This document shows positions 1 through 8,989 of a stretch of 52,220 nt of DNA, in pieces. The stretch is from a virus. Its lineage: Duplodnaviria > Caudoviricetes. The DNA is taken from positions 1 to 52,220 of IMG/VR virus record IMGVR_UViG_3300014962_000011; one strand, 5' to 3'. Both the position numbers and the translations under genes were made by a program. A model generated the notes under the pieces. The model made no database searches, was not told the origin of the DNA, and worked only from the letters and a program-made list of their open reading frames with translations. Every line of letters begins with the position of its first letter. Positions within the stretch are counted from its first letter, which is position 1.

Positions 1-291
1 GTACTAGGCAACGGACTGATAAAAACGGGTGCTCTCAAAACCTATGAGGATAGATTTTTCATGCAATGCGGTCTATACCGTAATAAGAACATCGAGGGGC
101 GTTTTGAGCTACATATCGACGTATTCTACCCGTCAGACCGTAGTGACCTAGATAATAGCTTAAAAGTTGTATTGGATTGCTTGCAGCAGGTAAAAGCCAT
201 TAAGAACGACAACAAGTGTGTGAAGATAGTAGCGCAGAAGTTTATCGACAAGAAGGAACCACGTATTGAATTCACAATAAAAGAAGTTTGA
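1..291 (+). CDS. rusA: RusA-family Holliday junction resolvase, 5'-truncated by the window edge
   Basis: Frame is open from base 1. Motifs SDLDNSLKVVLDCLQ...IKNDNKCV...EPRIEF match the RusA acidic triad pattern. Confidence 0.75.
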   Translation, partial: VLGNGLIKTGALKTYEDRFFMQCGLYRNKNIEGRFELHIDVFYPSDRSDLDNSLKVVLDCLQQVKAIKNDNKCVKIVAQKFIDKKEPRIEFTIKEV

Positions 292-497
292 CAATGAAAA
301 AGTACGCAACAGTTAAGCCAAACAAAGGTTGGCGCGGTAAGCTGACCGAAGGTAGGGAGTATGAAATACTGAAAACCGAAGCAGTGACGCCAGAGGAAAT
401 ATATCATACAGTTATCGACGATGAAGGACAAGATAGAATGTATAAAGCCAGCCGATTTACTGAACCAACATTATCTAAAACTAAAACTGAGTTATGA
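288..497 (+). CDS. hypothetical phage protein
   Basis: Overlaps the stop of the upstream gene; in a tightly packed + strand run. Confidence 0.55.
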   Translation: MTMKKYATVKPNKGWRGKLTEGREYEILKTEAVTPEEIYHTVIDDEGQDRMYKASRFTEPTLSKTKTEL

Positions 498-748
498 GCA
501 CGAAATGCACGGTGTTTGGGCAGCCGGATAAGCCCAGAGAGAGAAAGCCAATAGAATTACTCTTTGGCATTGAGACATCAGATACAGTCCCGTCTATATT
601 CCCTCCCGGGAATAATCCAAAACCTTACGACACCTATACACTAGTTGAGCGGGGCGGGAAGTACGACATAATAAGGGTATATAACGACAGCGACCCGCTT
701 AGAGGAATTACATACCTCGGCCACTGGAACGACGGATTTGTTGAATAA
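494..748 (+). CDS. hypothetical phage protein
   Basis: ATGA overlap with the upstream ORF. Confidence 0.6.
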   Translation: MSTKCTVFGQPDKPRERKPIELLFGIETSDTVPSIFPPGNNPKPYDTYTLVERGGKYDIIRVYNDSDPLRGITYLGHWNDGFVE

Positions 749-764
749 GAGGAAAAACAGAGAT

Positions 765-977
765 ATGAAAATTACAAGACACAAAATGAGACCGTACGTA
801 GCCAGAACCTACGGTATAAGCGATAAATCATTCTGGCGATTTAAGCTGTCTTTGCGGGGATTAAGAAACCCATCCGCCGACAGGCGAAGAGGGCAGCACC
901 GGCCAGCTAAGGGCAAGCTGCTGCAAAAGTTTAGGAACCAAATTGAATACATCTGGCTTCACAAACAACCATTCTAA
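765..977 (+). CDS. small basic hypothetical protein
   Basis: ATG at 765 preceded by an A-rich initiation region; Arg/Lys-rich. Confidence 0.45.
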   Translation: MKITRHKMRPYVARTYGISDKSFWRFKLSLRGLRNPSADRRRGQHRPAKGKLLQKFRNQIEYIWLHKQPF

Positions 978-1048
978 CATGAACATCATCACAGACATCG
1001 ACTTCGAGGAAGGAGGCGGGTAAAAAAGGAACATTTAAAACACACAAT

Positions 1049-1288
1049 ATGGCAATGATCAATTTTAAAGCATCTGTTAACCAAAAGGGTTTTGAGTATT
1101 ACAACTACATAGTTGGCATAGCATTTAGCCAACTGCAAGAACACCCGGAAATGCTCAAAAAGATAGACATAACATCCGACCAGCTAAGGCAAGCCTCCGC
1201 CTGTAAAGATAAGATTAAGAAAGCAATTATAGAGGAAATGAAGAAAACGCGTGGCGCTAGGGTGGCTTGCCTTATGAAGGGAGAATAA
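1049..1288 (+). CDS. hypothetical phage protein
   Basis: ATG after an A/C-rich leader; co-oriented with neighbours. Confidence 0.55.
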   Translation: MAMINFKASVNQKGFEYYNYIVGIAFSQLQEHPEMLKKIDITSDQLRQASACKDKIKKAIIEEMKKTRGARVACLMKGE

Positions 1289-1291
1289 CAC

Positions 1292-1368
1292 ACAACCATT
1301 TTAACAACCATAACGAGAAAGTATGAAAAAAGTAACAACAGTAGCTCTACTGGCATTGAGCATGGCGA
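1292..1368 (+). repeat. 77-bp direct repeat, copy 1 (identical to the window end)
   Basis: acaaccattttaacaaccataacgagaaagtatgaaaaaagtaacaacagtagctctactggcattgagcatggcga is identical to 52144-52220. Confidence 0.95.
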
Positions 1369-1697
1369 TTGTTGGGTGCGAAAAAATAAACAGGTATGCT
1401 GAACGAAGTAAAGAAATTGACAGTATATCGACCGATTTGCGCATGTGCCAAGCGGCAGAAAAATATTGGGAGGCGGCTTGGAATAACCAATTAAAGTATG
1501 ACGACAGCGCTTATGGGGAGCTGTATAGGGAATACCTATACCTTAAGGACACGGTCAACATGCTACGCAAACAAACAAAAATTGGACGTGCAAATGTCGT
1601 TTCTATTGGGCAACATGGCGGTACAACATCGGCTATTATCATAAATGGCGATAACCAAATAGGAAACCACAACACTCAGAACAACTACAGTAAATAA
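1323..1697 (+). CDS. putative lipoprotein
   Basis: MKK, hydrophobic stretch, lipobox IVGC. Confidence 0.65.
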   Translation: MKKVTTVALLALSMAIVGCEKINRYAERSKEIDSISTDLRMCQAAEKYWEAAWNNQLKYDDSAYGELYREYLYLKDTVNMLRKQTKIGRANVVSIGQHGGTTSAIIINGDNQIGNHNTQNNYSK

Positions 1698-1720
1698 AAA
1701 CAGCCCGTTGGCGCGGGCTG
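1696..1720 (-). terminator. intrinsic terminator hairpin
   Basis: cagcccg-ttggcg-cgggctg preceded by an A run, which is a U tract on the - strand. Confidence 0.55.
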
Positions 1721-1832
1721 AATAAAATAAGGTAATCGGTTTACAACAATCACCACTACAAAATTAGTGATCTATGCACAGTATATCAACTTGCGTGCCA
1801 CGCGGCGCGTTACAAAAAGAGCTTAACATTTT

Positions 1833-2031
1833 TTTGGCTAGTTGGGGACAATTTCGTACATTCGTAACTGAATCCGCGAAATTCAAACTTTACATTAATG
1901 CCCCAACTACATGGACTACATATCAATCAAAGATAAGGCTGGGGTTACTCCATTGGGGTTGTTTGTTTCTTCGCGGATTCAAGCACCCCAGCCGCGCGTC
2001 CATACCTCAAGTAATCAAAAATCCGCGATAT
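1833..2031 (+). promoter_or_regulatory. promoter plus structured leader RNA (P4 CI / C4-like switch)
   Basis: TTTG 1833-1836 and TACATTCG 1857-1864. tgaatccgcgaa 1869-1880 pairs with ttcgcggattca 1970-1981; ggctggggt 1937-1945 pairs with accccagcc 1985-1993; aatccgcga recurs at 2020-2028. Confidence 0.5.
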
Positions 2032-2409
2032 ATGAGTACCTATTCAAAACTTCTACTCGATCCGAGGTGGCAGCGTAAGCGCCTCGACATTCTAAAACGG
2101 GACGATTTTACTTGCACGCTATGTACTGATAGCCGAACAACTTTACACGTTCACCATAAGGCTTATAAAGGCAACCCGTGGGATATTCCCGACGATCAGC
2201 TGCGCACTCTTTGCCATCATTGCCACGAGATCACACACCACCTGAAAAACCACACCATTCTTGCCATTAAAAAGCAACATAGCTGGAACGGCAAATGCTG
2301 GGAGGTTGTCGCATTTACCACAACTGATTTGATATTCCTCTACCTGTTCTTTACCAGCGACCAGATAGAGATTGTGAGTGTATTTTCTAACGATAAAATG
2401 GCAGCGTAG
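2032..2409 (+). CDS. HNH endonuclease
   Basis: Likely start ATG 2032 (MSTYSKLLLDPRWQRKR); RDDFTCTLC...HVHH...LCHHCH HNH/zinc motif. Confidence 0.8.
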   Translation: MSTYSKLLLDPRWQRKRLDILKRDDFTCTLCTDSRTTLHVHHKAYKGNPWDIPDDQLRTLCHHCHEITHHLKNHTILAIKKQHSWNGKCWEVVAFTTTDLIFLYLFFTSDQIEIVSVFSNDKMAA

Positions 2410-2411
2410 GT

Positions 2412-3119
2412 ATGGCAAAGAGATTCACAGACACCGGGAAATGGAATAAGAAATTTATAAGGTCGCTTTCAAAGGACTACAAATTGCTTTGGTTGTTCAT
2501 TACAGACGAATGCGACACGGCTGGCATATGGGATGTTGACATAGATGTTGCCAGAATAAAGGCCGGAATAGAGGTTAATGAGGAAGATGCTTTGCTGTTT
2601 TTCAATGGTAAAGTAGTTGCAATAGACGGGGGGTCTAAATGGTTTATCCCTTCATTTATTGAGTTCCAATACGGCGAGTTGTCCGAAGGAAATAGGGCGC
2701 ACACAAAGGCAATATTGCAATTAAAGAAATTTAACCTACTCTCTAAGAACCTAAAAATTAAGCCCCTTACAAGCCCCTTACAAGGGGCCACGCAAGGGGG
2801 TAAGGCAGAGGAAGAGGATAAGGTAGAGGAAGAAGTAGTATTAGTAGGTGGCGAATTTGAAAATTTTAACAAGTGGGTTTCAGCTCATGCTCCGAGGGTT
2901 TTAGAAATGGAAGCGCCAATAACAGAATCTGAATATTTTTCTCTGGTTGCTGAGTTCCCAATAGACGTGATAAAAGAAATTTTATCCGCTATGCACAACC
3001 ATAAAAAGCTAACCAAAGACAATGTATCGGCAAACCTAACATTCAGGAACTGGGCAAGGCGCAGGGGCGTTAATCCGGCTTCACATTTACCAACGCATAA
3101 ACCTTCAGTGGCAGTATGA
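2412..3119 (+). CDS. phage replication initiator / replisome organizer
   Basis: MAKRFTDTGKW N-terminus, low-complexity middle with internal repeats, C-terminal TFRNWARR; directly upstream of the primase-helicase. Confidence 0.65.
   Translation: MAKRFTDTGKWNKKFIRSLSKDYKLLWLFITDECDTAGIWDVDIDVARIKAGIEVNEEDALLFFNGKVVAIDGGSKWFIPSFIEFQYGELSEGNRAHTKAILQLKKFNLLSKNLKIKPLTSPLQGATQGGKAEEEDKVEEEVVLVGGEFENFNKWVSAHAPRVLEMEAPITESEYFSLVAEFPIDVIKEILSAMHNHKKLTKDNVSANLTFRNWARRRGVNPASHLPTHKPSVAV
2760..2790. repeat. iteron-like repeats inside the initiator gene (candidate origin)
   Basis: aagccccttac x2 in tandem (2760-2781) followed by the inverted aaggggc. Confidence 0.45.
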
Positions 3120-4987
3120 TAGATCAGGCATGCATACAGGAGATAAAGGACACTGCGAACGTCGTGGAGGTAGTCGGAAAGTTTGTAAACTTAAAGCCTC
3201 AAGGCGTTAATGTAGTTGGCTTGTGCCCATTTCACAACGAGAAAAGCCCATCTTTCAAAGTTTCAAAGACGAAAAACATATACAAGTGCTTTGGGTGTGG
3301 TGAATCAGGGGATAGTATAGAGTTCCTTATGAAGTCGCAAAGCATGTCCTATCTGGATGCTATACGATACTTGGCAGATATGTACAAAATAACAATTGTT
3401 GAGGAAAATGCACAGCCCAAAAAAACATACACTAAGCCGGTTTTTAGAGATGGTCAACTATCCGGCAAATACCTGAATTGGTTTAGTGAACGTGGAATAA
3501 CGCCAAATACCCTGCAGCAATTCAAAGTGACGCAAGCAATGGAGTGGATGCCTAAAGCCGGTGCGACGGTAGAAACAATCTGCTTTAACTACTTCGTTAA
3601 CGATACGCTTGTTAACATAAAGTACCGCGCAGAAAACAAAGATTTCAAGCTATCGAAAGATGCCGAATTGGTGTTCTATAATGCCGACAGCATGAAAGGG
3701 CGCGATTACGTGGTAATTACGGAGGGGGAGATCGATTGCCTGTCTGTATACCAATCCGGCGCGAAGTCCGTCATTTCGGTTCCTAATGGCGCAGCAAAGG
3801 GTGTTCAAAAGCTCGATTACCTAAACAACTGCTGGGATATGTTTTCAGATAAGACAAACATCATACTCATGGTGGATAACGACGGGCCCGGAATTAACCT
3901 TAGAGACGAACTAGCTAGGCGGTTTGGATATGACAGGTGTTTTAAGGTGGAGTACCCGTCCGACTGTAAGGATGCAAACGATGTGTTAGTAAAGCATGGA
4001 CCATTGAAGATAGCAGAAATGATAAAAAATGCATCTGAGTTCCCGATAGAAGGAGTTTTTTCAATGTCGGAAATGGTGGAAGATGTGAGGGCTTATTATA
4101 ACACTGGCTACCCGGTAGGTATAAAGGTAGGCATACCGGTTTTTGACGATCACCTTTCTTTTATGCTCGGGCAGTTCACTACGATTACCGGCATTCCAGG
4201 TTCCGGCAAAAGTGAGTTTGTGGACTACCTAATGAGCGAATCCGCAAAAAATCACAATTGGAGCTGGGGAGTTTGCAGTTTTGAAAATCAGCCATCTAGC
4301 CTACACGTTACCAAGATAATGGAAAAGTATGCCGGCAAAGCATTTTCTAAGCAGTTTAATGATGAAGATAGAATTAGCCCGGAAATGTTTGATAGAGCAA
4401 TAAACTTTGTTGATGCTCATTTCTACTTCATCAACATCAACAAAGTAGATGTTACACTCGAAGGGATATTGGAGAAAACGAAAGAGCTGGTGTTAAGGAA
4501 GGGCATAAAGGGGCTTTTAATAGATCCGTGGAACTACATAGAACATAAGGGAGCAAAAGGGCAGACGGAAACACAATACGTTAGCGAATGCCTAACTAAA
4601 ATAAAGGCTTTCGCGCTGACGCACGGCATACATATATTCCTAGTCGCGCACCCGCTTAAAATGCCTAAGACGGGCGGCAAATACGAAGTTCCTACACTAT
4701 ACAATATTTCCGGGTCTGCGCACTTTTTCAATAAGACGGATAACGGGCTTACCGTTTACCGCGACCTAGATACCAAAATAGTCGATGTGCATATACAGAA
4801 AGTGCGATATAGTTGGCTTGGCAAAATAGGCGTTGCTTCATTCCTGTACAATTTAACTACAAGGCAGTACGAGCCATTGCACCGGCAAAAGGATCCACCG
4901 GCGCAGGAAGTGCCGGATAAGGCAAACGCTGGCATAATACAGCAGCCGACACGCCCCCCCGCCTCATTCTGGAACGAACCAACATAA
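3116..4987 (+). CDS. primase-helicase (CHC2 zinc finger + TOPRIM + Twinkle/T7 gp4-like helicase)
   Basis: CPFHNEKSPSF...KCFGCG; ITEGEIDCLS; DNDGPG...KDANDVL; Walker A TGIPGSGKS; LLIDPWN; LVAHP; SGSAHF. Confidence 0.92.
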   Translation: MIDQACIQEIKDTANVVEVVGKFVNLKPQGVNVVGLCPFHNEKSPSFKVSKTKNIYKCFGCGESGDSIEFLMKSQSMSYLDAIRYLADMYKITIVEENAQPKKTYTKPVFRDGQLSGKYLNWFSERGITPNTLQQFKVTQAMEWMPKAGATVETICFNYFVNDTLVNIKYRAENKDFKLSKDAELVFYNADSMKGRDYVVITEGEIDCLSVYQSGAKSVISVPNGAAKGVQKLDYLNNCWDMFSDKTNIILMVDNDGPGINLRDELARRFGYDRCFKVEYPSDCKDANDVLVKHGPLKIAEMIKNASEFPIEGVFSMSEMVEDVRAYYNTGYPVGIKVGIPVFDDHLSFMLGQFTTITGIPGSGKSEFVDYLMSESAKNHNWSWGVCSFENQPSSLHVTKIMEKYAGKAFSKQFNDEDRISPEMFDRAINFVDAHFYFININKVDVTLEGILEKTKELVLRKGIKGLLIDPWNYIEHKGAKGQTETQYVSECLTKIKAFALTHGIHIFLVAHPLKMPKTGGKYEVPTLYNISGSAHFFNKTDNGLTVYRDLDTKIVDVHIQKVRYSWLGKIGVASFLYNLTTRQYEPLHRQKDPPAQEVPDKANAGIIQQPTRPPASFWNEPT

Positions 4988-5008
4988 CTAACCCCCCAAT
5001 TTAACGAT

Positions 5009-5236
5009 ATGAAAAACACAGCATTACAGACGGCCCTTACTCGGGTAAATGAGATACCACAGGGCATAAACTACGACGGAATAGATTTCGTCAGGAAAGA
5101 GGATGTAACAAAGATACTTGAATCACTCCTCCCCGTCGAGCGCCAGCAGATAGTTGATGCGTATAACCATGCATGGGAGAATGCAGACTTAGGAGAAACA
5201 GCAAACGATTACTTCACCCAAACATACGAGAAATGA
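5009..5236 (+). CDS. hypothetical phage protein
   Basis: ERQQIVDAY...ANDYFTQTY, a pattern common in Bacteroidota phage early genes. Confidence 0.65.
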   Translation: MKNTALQTALTRVNEIPQGINYDGIDFVRKEDVTKILESLLPVERQQIVDAYNHAWENADLGETANDYFTQTYEK

Positions 5237-5451
5237 AAAACGAGACAATAGACTACAAAAAATATGTGCTAGATAAATTTCCTGACGCATTTATCTGCAA
5301 GTGTGCAGCATACGGAATACATGTGTTTTTTGGGCACAATAGCACGTATATAAGCGAATCGAGCGAGAGCGAAGAACAAGCATGGGAGAAAGCGCATAAT
5401 TACATTTTGAACAACAAAACCAACCAACATGAGCACTCTAACAAACTATGA
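5233..5451 (+). CDS. hypothetical phage protein
   Basis: Start ATG 5233 by ATGA overlap; similar to 11225-11440. Confidence 0.6.
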   Translation: MKNETIDYKKYVLDKFPDAFICKCAAYGIHVFFGHNSTYISESSESEEQAWEKAHNYILNNKTNQHEHSNKL

Positions 5452-5830
5452 GCAAAGTTTAGGATTAAAGGAGATTGGATTTAACGAACCAACTCAAAAC
5501 CTTTTCTTTTTTGATTGCGACAACACCTATTTTATGGGCAGTAAAGAAGATTGGGCAGAAGATTTCAATAGCGACGCAAGCAATTGGAACGCATTAACAG
5601 ACCATATCTCCCGCCCCACGCTCAACACCGCCGCATACTGGCTAAGGGAGCATAAGGGCATTCACGTATCGGTACGGCCTATTTCCTGTGACTGGGAATA
5701 CACTATCTGGCAGTGTAAAAATGCTATGAGCTGGGAGCAGGTCGAGCAAGATATTTTTACTTCACACGACAAGGCGCTATCTGAGGGAATAACGCGCGCC
5801 ATCGCTTTAAAACAAAAGGAGGGAGTATGA
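5429..5830 (+). CDS. hypothetical phage protein
   Basis: LKEIGFNEP...SRPTLNTAAYWLREHKGIHV pattern; overlaps neighbours. Confidence 0.7.
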   Translation: MSTLTNYEQSLGLKEIGFNEPTQNLFFFDCDNTYFMGSKEDWAEDFNSDASNWNALTDHISRPTLNTAAYWLREHKGIHVSVRPISCDWEYTIWQCKNAMSWEQVEQDIFTSHDKALSEGITRAIALKQKEGV

Positions 5831-6123
5831 AAAGGAACATAGTACAATCAGATGTTGTTTGGGCTACAATGTCCAATATTGACGAAACCAGATTGTCTAC
5901 ACACGGGTTTTACTCCAGAATAAGGTCGGGCTTGTTTGGCGAACAATATTACGGTAATGGCTCTTTATGCAACAAAAACTATGGCGTTAGCGAGGATGGC
6001 GAAACATTCTTGCCAATAACAAAAATTGATGCAGAGCCACTAAATGAGGAAACAGCATGTAAGCGATGTCTAAAAATATTCAATTCACTCAACCAAAACA
6101 CAAATCATGATACAGGGAAATGA
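5827..6123 (+). CDS. hypothetical protein, possible metal binding
   Basis: ATGA overlap; SLC...CKRC. Confidence 0.6.
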   Translation: MKRNIVQSDVVWATMSNIDETRLSTHGFYSRIRSGLFGEQYYGNGSLCNKNYGVSEDGETFLPITKIDAEPLNEETACKRCLKIFNSLNQNTNHDTGK

Positions 6124-6511
6124 ACTGCGAATAGGCAATCTTGTTCAGGATGAACTAGGTATTGAAAAAATGTTGCGCGTTTACCGCATAGATGAAGCGG
6201 CAATAACCTGTGGCGATAAGGAATTTTCACACCCATATCTGCCTGAAACTTTAAAGCCAATCCCGCTCACGCCGGAGGTGCTGGAGAAATGTGGGTTTGG
6301 TGCGCGTAAATTCATTGAGATAGGCAAATACTCATACTTAGAAATTGACATGACCGTTGTTAACACAATAGGATATAGAGCAATCATTCAGTTAGAGGAA
6401 AATGACGAAGGTGTAATAGAGAGGTATTTTATGCCACACATCAAACACCTACACCAGCTCCAAAACCTCTACTACGCATTGACAGGCACCGAACTAACCA
6501 TCACCCTTTAA
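6107..6511 (+). CDS. YopX-like phage protein
   Basis: NELRIGNLV...PIPLTPEVLEKCGF...HLHQLQNLYYALTGTEL. Confidence 0.7.
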   Translation: MIQGNELRIGNLVQDELGIEKMLRVYRIDEAAITCGDKEFSHPYLPETLKPIPLTPEVLEKCGFGARKFIEIGKYSYLEIDMTVVNTIGYRAIIQLEENDEGVIERYFMPHIKHLHQLQNLYYALTGTELTITL

Positions 6512-6609
6512 AACCACTGTATGAGAAAGATGAATTATTACATACCAATAATTGCAATGGTTTCAATAGCTTTCATTGCGCTGTATTTACTGACTAAACA
6601 CAAACCTTT

Positions 6610-6825
6610 ATGAGACACCTTACAACAACACTCCTCCTTGCGCTGATTTGCGCGGGGTGTGGGATTAATAAAAACGATAGCTTTTGGATTATCCAAAACA
6701 AAAGGACGAAAGATGCATGGGGGCGTTATTTACCTACTGGCATATGTCAATTCGACTTTAGCTACATACATACTACTCAAGATTCCTGCAACAAATACAA
6801 CATTGGCGACACGATAAAACACTGA
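6610..6825 (+). CDS. small putative lipoprotein
   Basis: Hydrophobic N-terminus with CAGC lipobox. Confidence 0.5.
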   Translation: MRHLTTTLLLALICAGCGINKNDSFWIIQNKRTKDAWGRYLPTGICQFDFSYIHTTQDSCNKYNIGDTIKH

Positions 6826-6829
6826 TACT

Positions 6830-7408
6830 ATGACAGCAGAACAGATTCTCGAAATATTTAACATAGAAGACTTACGCGACCTGCCAAATGCGGTATCGAG
6901 CCTTATTGATGGAGATGCCAAGATTAGATATGAGGCATATATAAAATTGATAGAAATAAACGGAGGTGATTTGTCAAAAGATTGGTTTCAGGAAATATAC
7001 GAAGGCGAGTTGTCGGAACGAAAGCAAAAGAAGCAGGATTTTACCCCAAACAGCGTAGGGCTTATTGCGTCATTACTGACCGGGAATAAGGGAATGCTAT
7101 ATGAGCCTACGGCTGGTAATGGATCTATGATAATATCCGATTGGTGGACTAGGTGCGGGAAGTCGAACCCGTGCCGATATTCTCCAGCCGAAAATATGGT
7201 CACCTGCTGGGAGTTGTCCAATAGATCAATACCGATATTACTACTCAACCTATCTATACGTGGTATTATGGGATATGTGTATCACGGCGATGTTTTAGAG
7301 CAAACAATAAAGGCAAAGTATGTGTTGCTAAACAGGAGCAATGACGCACTCGGTTTTTCTGAAATAATCAAAGATGTTAATAACAACCTTAAAATAGTAG
7401 AAATATGA
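6830..7408 (+). CDS. N6-adenine methyltransferase-like protein (HsdM-like SAM-binding half, no NPPY/F motif)
   Basis: QDFTP, motif I YEPTAGNGSM, ELS, HGDVL; the protein ends before any motif IV. Confidence 0.7.
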   Translation: MTAEQILEIFNIEDLRDLPNAVSSLIDGDAKIRYEAYIKLIEINGGDLSKDWFQEIYEGELSERKQKKQDFTPNSVGLIASLLTGNKGMLYEPTAGNGSMIISDWWTRCGKSNPCRYSPAENMVTCWELSNRSIPILLLNLSIRGIMGYVYHGDVLEQTIKAKYVLLNRSNDALGFSEIIKDVNNNLKIVEI

Positions 7409-8316
7409 AATTCGAAGAACTGGCAATACAATTTGAAGCCTACAAAAAAAATTTCATCAAGAAGTCGGCAATGTCAGTTTATGTAAACTGCATTGCTTCT
7501 CATCTAGTGCCAGCATTTGGTGAACTTGAAGAGATAAGCGAACACCAAGTACAGGACTTTATATTATCGAAGATCAGCAGCGGCATGAGTCATAATTATG
7601 TGCGCGACTGCATAATGGTGTTAAAGCAAATATTGAAGTGGGGTAAGTCTCGCGCAATATATCCTTACAAAGAATTTGAGAATATTAAATATCCTGTAGA
7701 CCACTCTGTTAAAAAAATAAAGACATATACGTTAGCAGAGACTAAAAAGCTCATTAACTATCTAAAAGACAACCTAACATTTAGGAATCTTGGCATTTTA
7801 ATAGCTGCCAGCTCTGGCATGCGGGTTGGCGAGGTGTGTGCGCTTCAGTGGGGTGATATCGACTTGCAGGCGGGAATAATCACCATTCAGAGAAATATAC
7901 AACGTATATACCACCAGCGAGAAAGCAGGACTGAAATTATTATAGATACACCAAAAACCAAGTCATCACAGAGGCAGGTGCCTATAAGCCCGGATTTGAT
8001 GAAGATATTTAAAGCCCTAAAGTCCATCGCTAAGGACGATCATTATGTAGTTACCAACAGCGCTAAGCCGGAGGAGCCTCGCACCCACCGATCTTATATA
8101 GAGGATTTAGTAAAGATAATTGATATCCCATATTACGGGTATCACGTGCTACGACACACATTCGCAACTAGATGTATAGAGGCGGAGATAGATGTAAAGA
8201 CAGTTAGTGTGATGCTCGGGCATTCAGATGTTAGCATTACACTTAACACATACGTTCACCCTAGCGACGCACAGAAGAAGACGGCAATTAACAAACTATT
8301 CAAAACGCTCGGATAA
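7405..8316 (+). CDS. second tyrosine recombinase (short form)
   Basis: Catalytic set intact: GMRVGE, TPKT, HVLRHT, LGH, NTYVH; ATGA overlap with the MTase-like gene. Confidence 0.9.
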   Translation: MKFEELAIQFEAYKKNFIKKSAMSVYVNCIASHLVPAFGELEEISEHQVQDFILSKISSGMSHNYVRDCIMVLKQILKWGKSRAIYPYKEFENIKYPVDHSVKKIKTYTLAETKKLINYLKDNLTFRNLGILIAASSGMRVGEVCALQWGDIDLQAGIITIQRNIQRIYHQRESRTEIIIDTPKTKSSQRQVPISPDLMKIFKALKSIAKDDHYVVTNSAKPEEPRTHRSYIEDLVKIIDIPYYGYHVLRHTFATRCIEAEIDVKTVSVMLGHSDVSITLNTYVHPSDAQKKTAINKLFKTLG

Positions 8317-8741
8317 TGACAGTGACAAAAAGATGTCCAATATGTGGAGAGGTGAAGGAGATGTGTTGTTTTGACACCTACTACTGTAAGGCTAGGAAAC
8401 GCCATAGGCCACAAAACTATTGTAAGGCGTGTCAAAGGCCAGAAAAGAGAAAGCGAAGTTCTAAGTATTACGAAGAGCACAAAACAGAACGATTGGACTA
8501 TGCAAAAAAATATAGGCAAGATCCAAGCAATAAAGAGAAGCGGAGAGAGCTATCAAAAAAGTTTAAAACTAAGTATAGGGAGGATTTGCAAGACTGCTAT
8601 GTAAGAGATCGGCTACATCAAGAAAACGGGATATCCACCCATCAAGCAAAAGAAAATCCAGAATTGGTCGAAGCAAAGCGTCTACAAATTAAAATAAAGA
8701 GAAAAATAAAATCCATAAAAAATGAGCAACACAAAAAATAA
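8316..8741 (+). CDS. basic zinc-finger protein
   Basis: CPICG...CKAC; Lys/Arg-rich helices. Confidence 0.65.
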   Translation: MTVTKRCPICGEVKEMCCFDTYYCKARKRHRPQNYCKACQRPEKRKRSSKYYEEHKTERLDYAKKYRQDPSNKEKRRELSKKFKTKYREDLQDCYVRDRLHQENGISTHQAKENPELVEAKRLQIKIKRKIKSIKNEQHKK

Positions 8742-8988
8742 ATTATCGGACTTAAACGATCATCTTTTTCTAGCACTGGAGCGACTAAACGATGATAGCC
8801 TGCCTCCAGAAAGAATACAAGAAGAGGTGTGTAGGGCTAGCGCAATAACTGGCGTAGCAGACAAAATAATTGCTAATGCCAAAGTCACCATAGACGCAAT
8901 GAAGCTAGTGGCTCACGGCGACGTTGATAAAATAGACTTGCCAGATAGCTTTCAACCTAAAAAGATTGAAAAACACAAAACCACCTAA
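8722..8988 (+). CDS. conserved phage hypothetical protein
   Basis: KNKLSDLNDHLFLALERLND...RASAITGVADKII family pattern. Confidence 0.7.
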   Translation: MSNTKNKLSDLNDHLFLALERLNDDSLPPERIQEEVCRASAITGVADKIIANAKVTIDAMKLVAHGDVDKIDLPDSFQPKKIEKHKTT

Positions 8989-8989
8989 C

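Noticed and set aside
1774-2031. N-terminal extension of the HNH ORF
   Set aside because: Not protein-like and overlaps a promoter and structured leader; ATG 2032 fits the family start.
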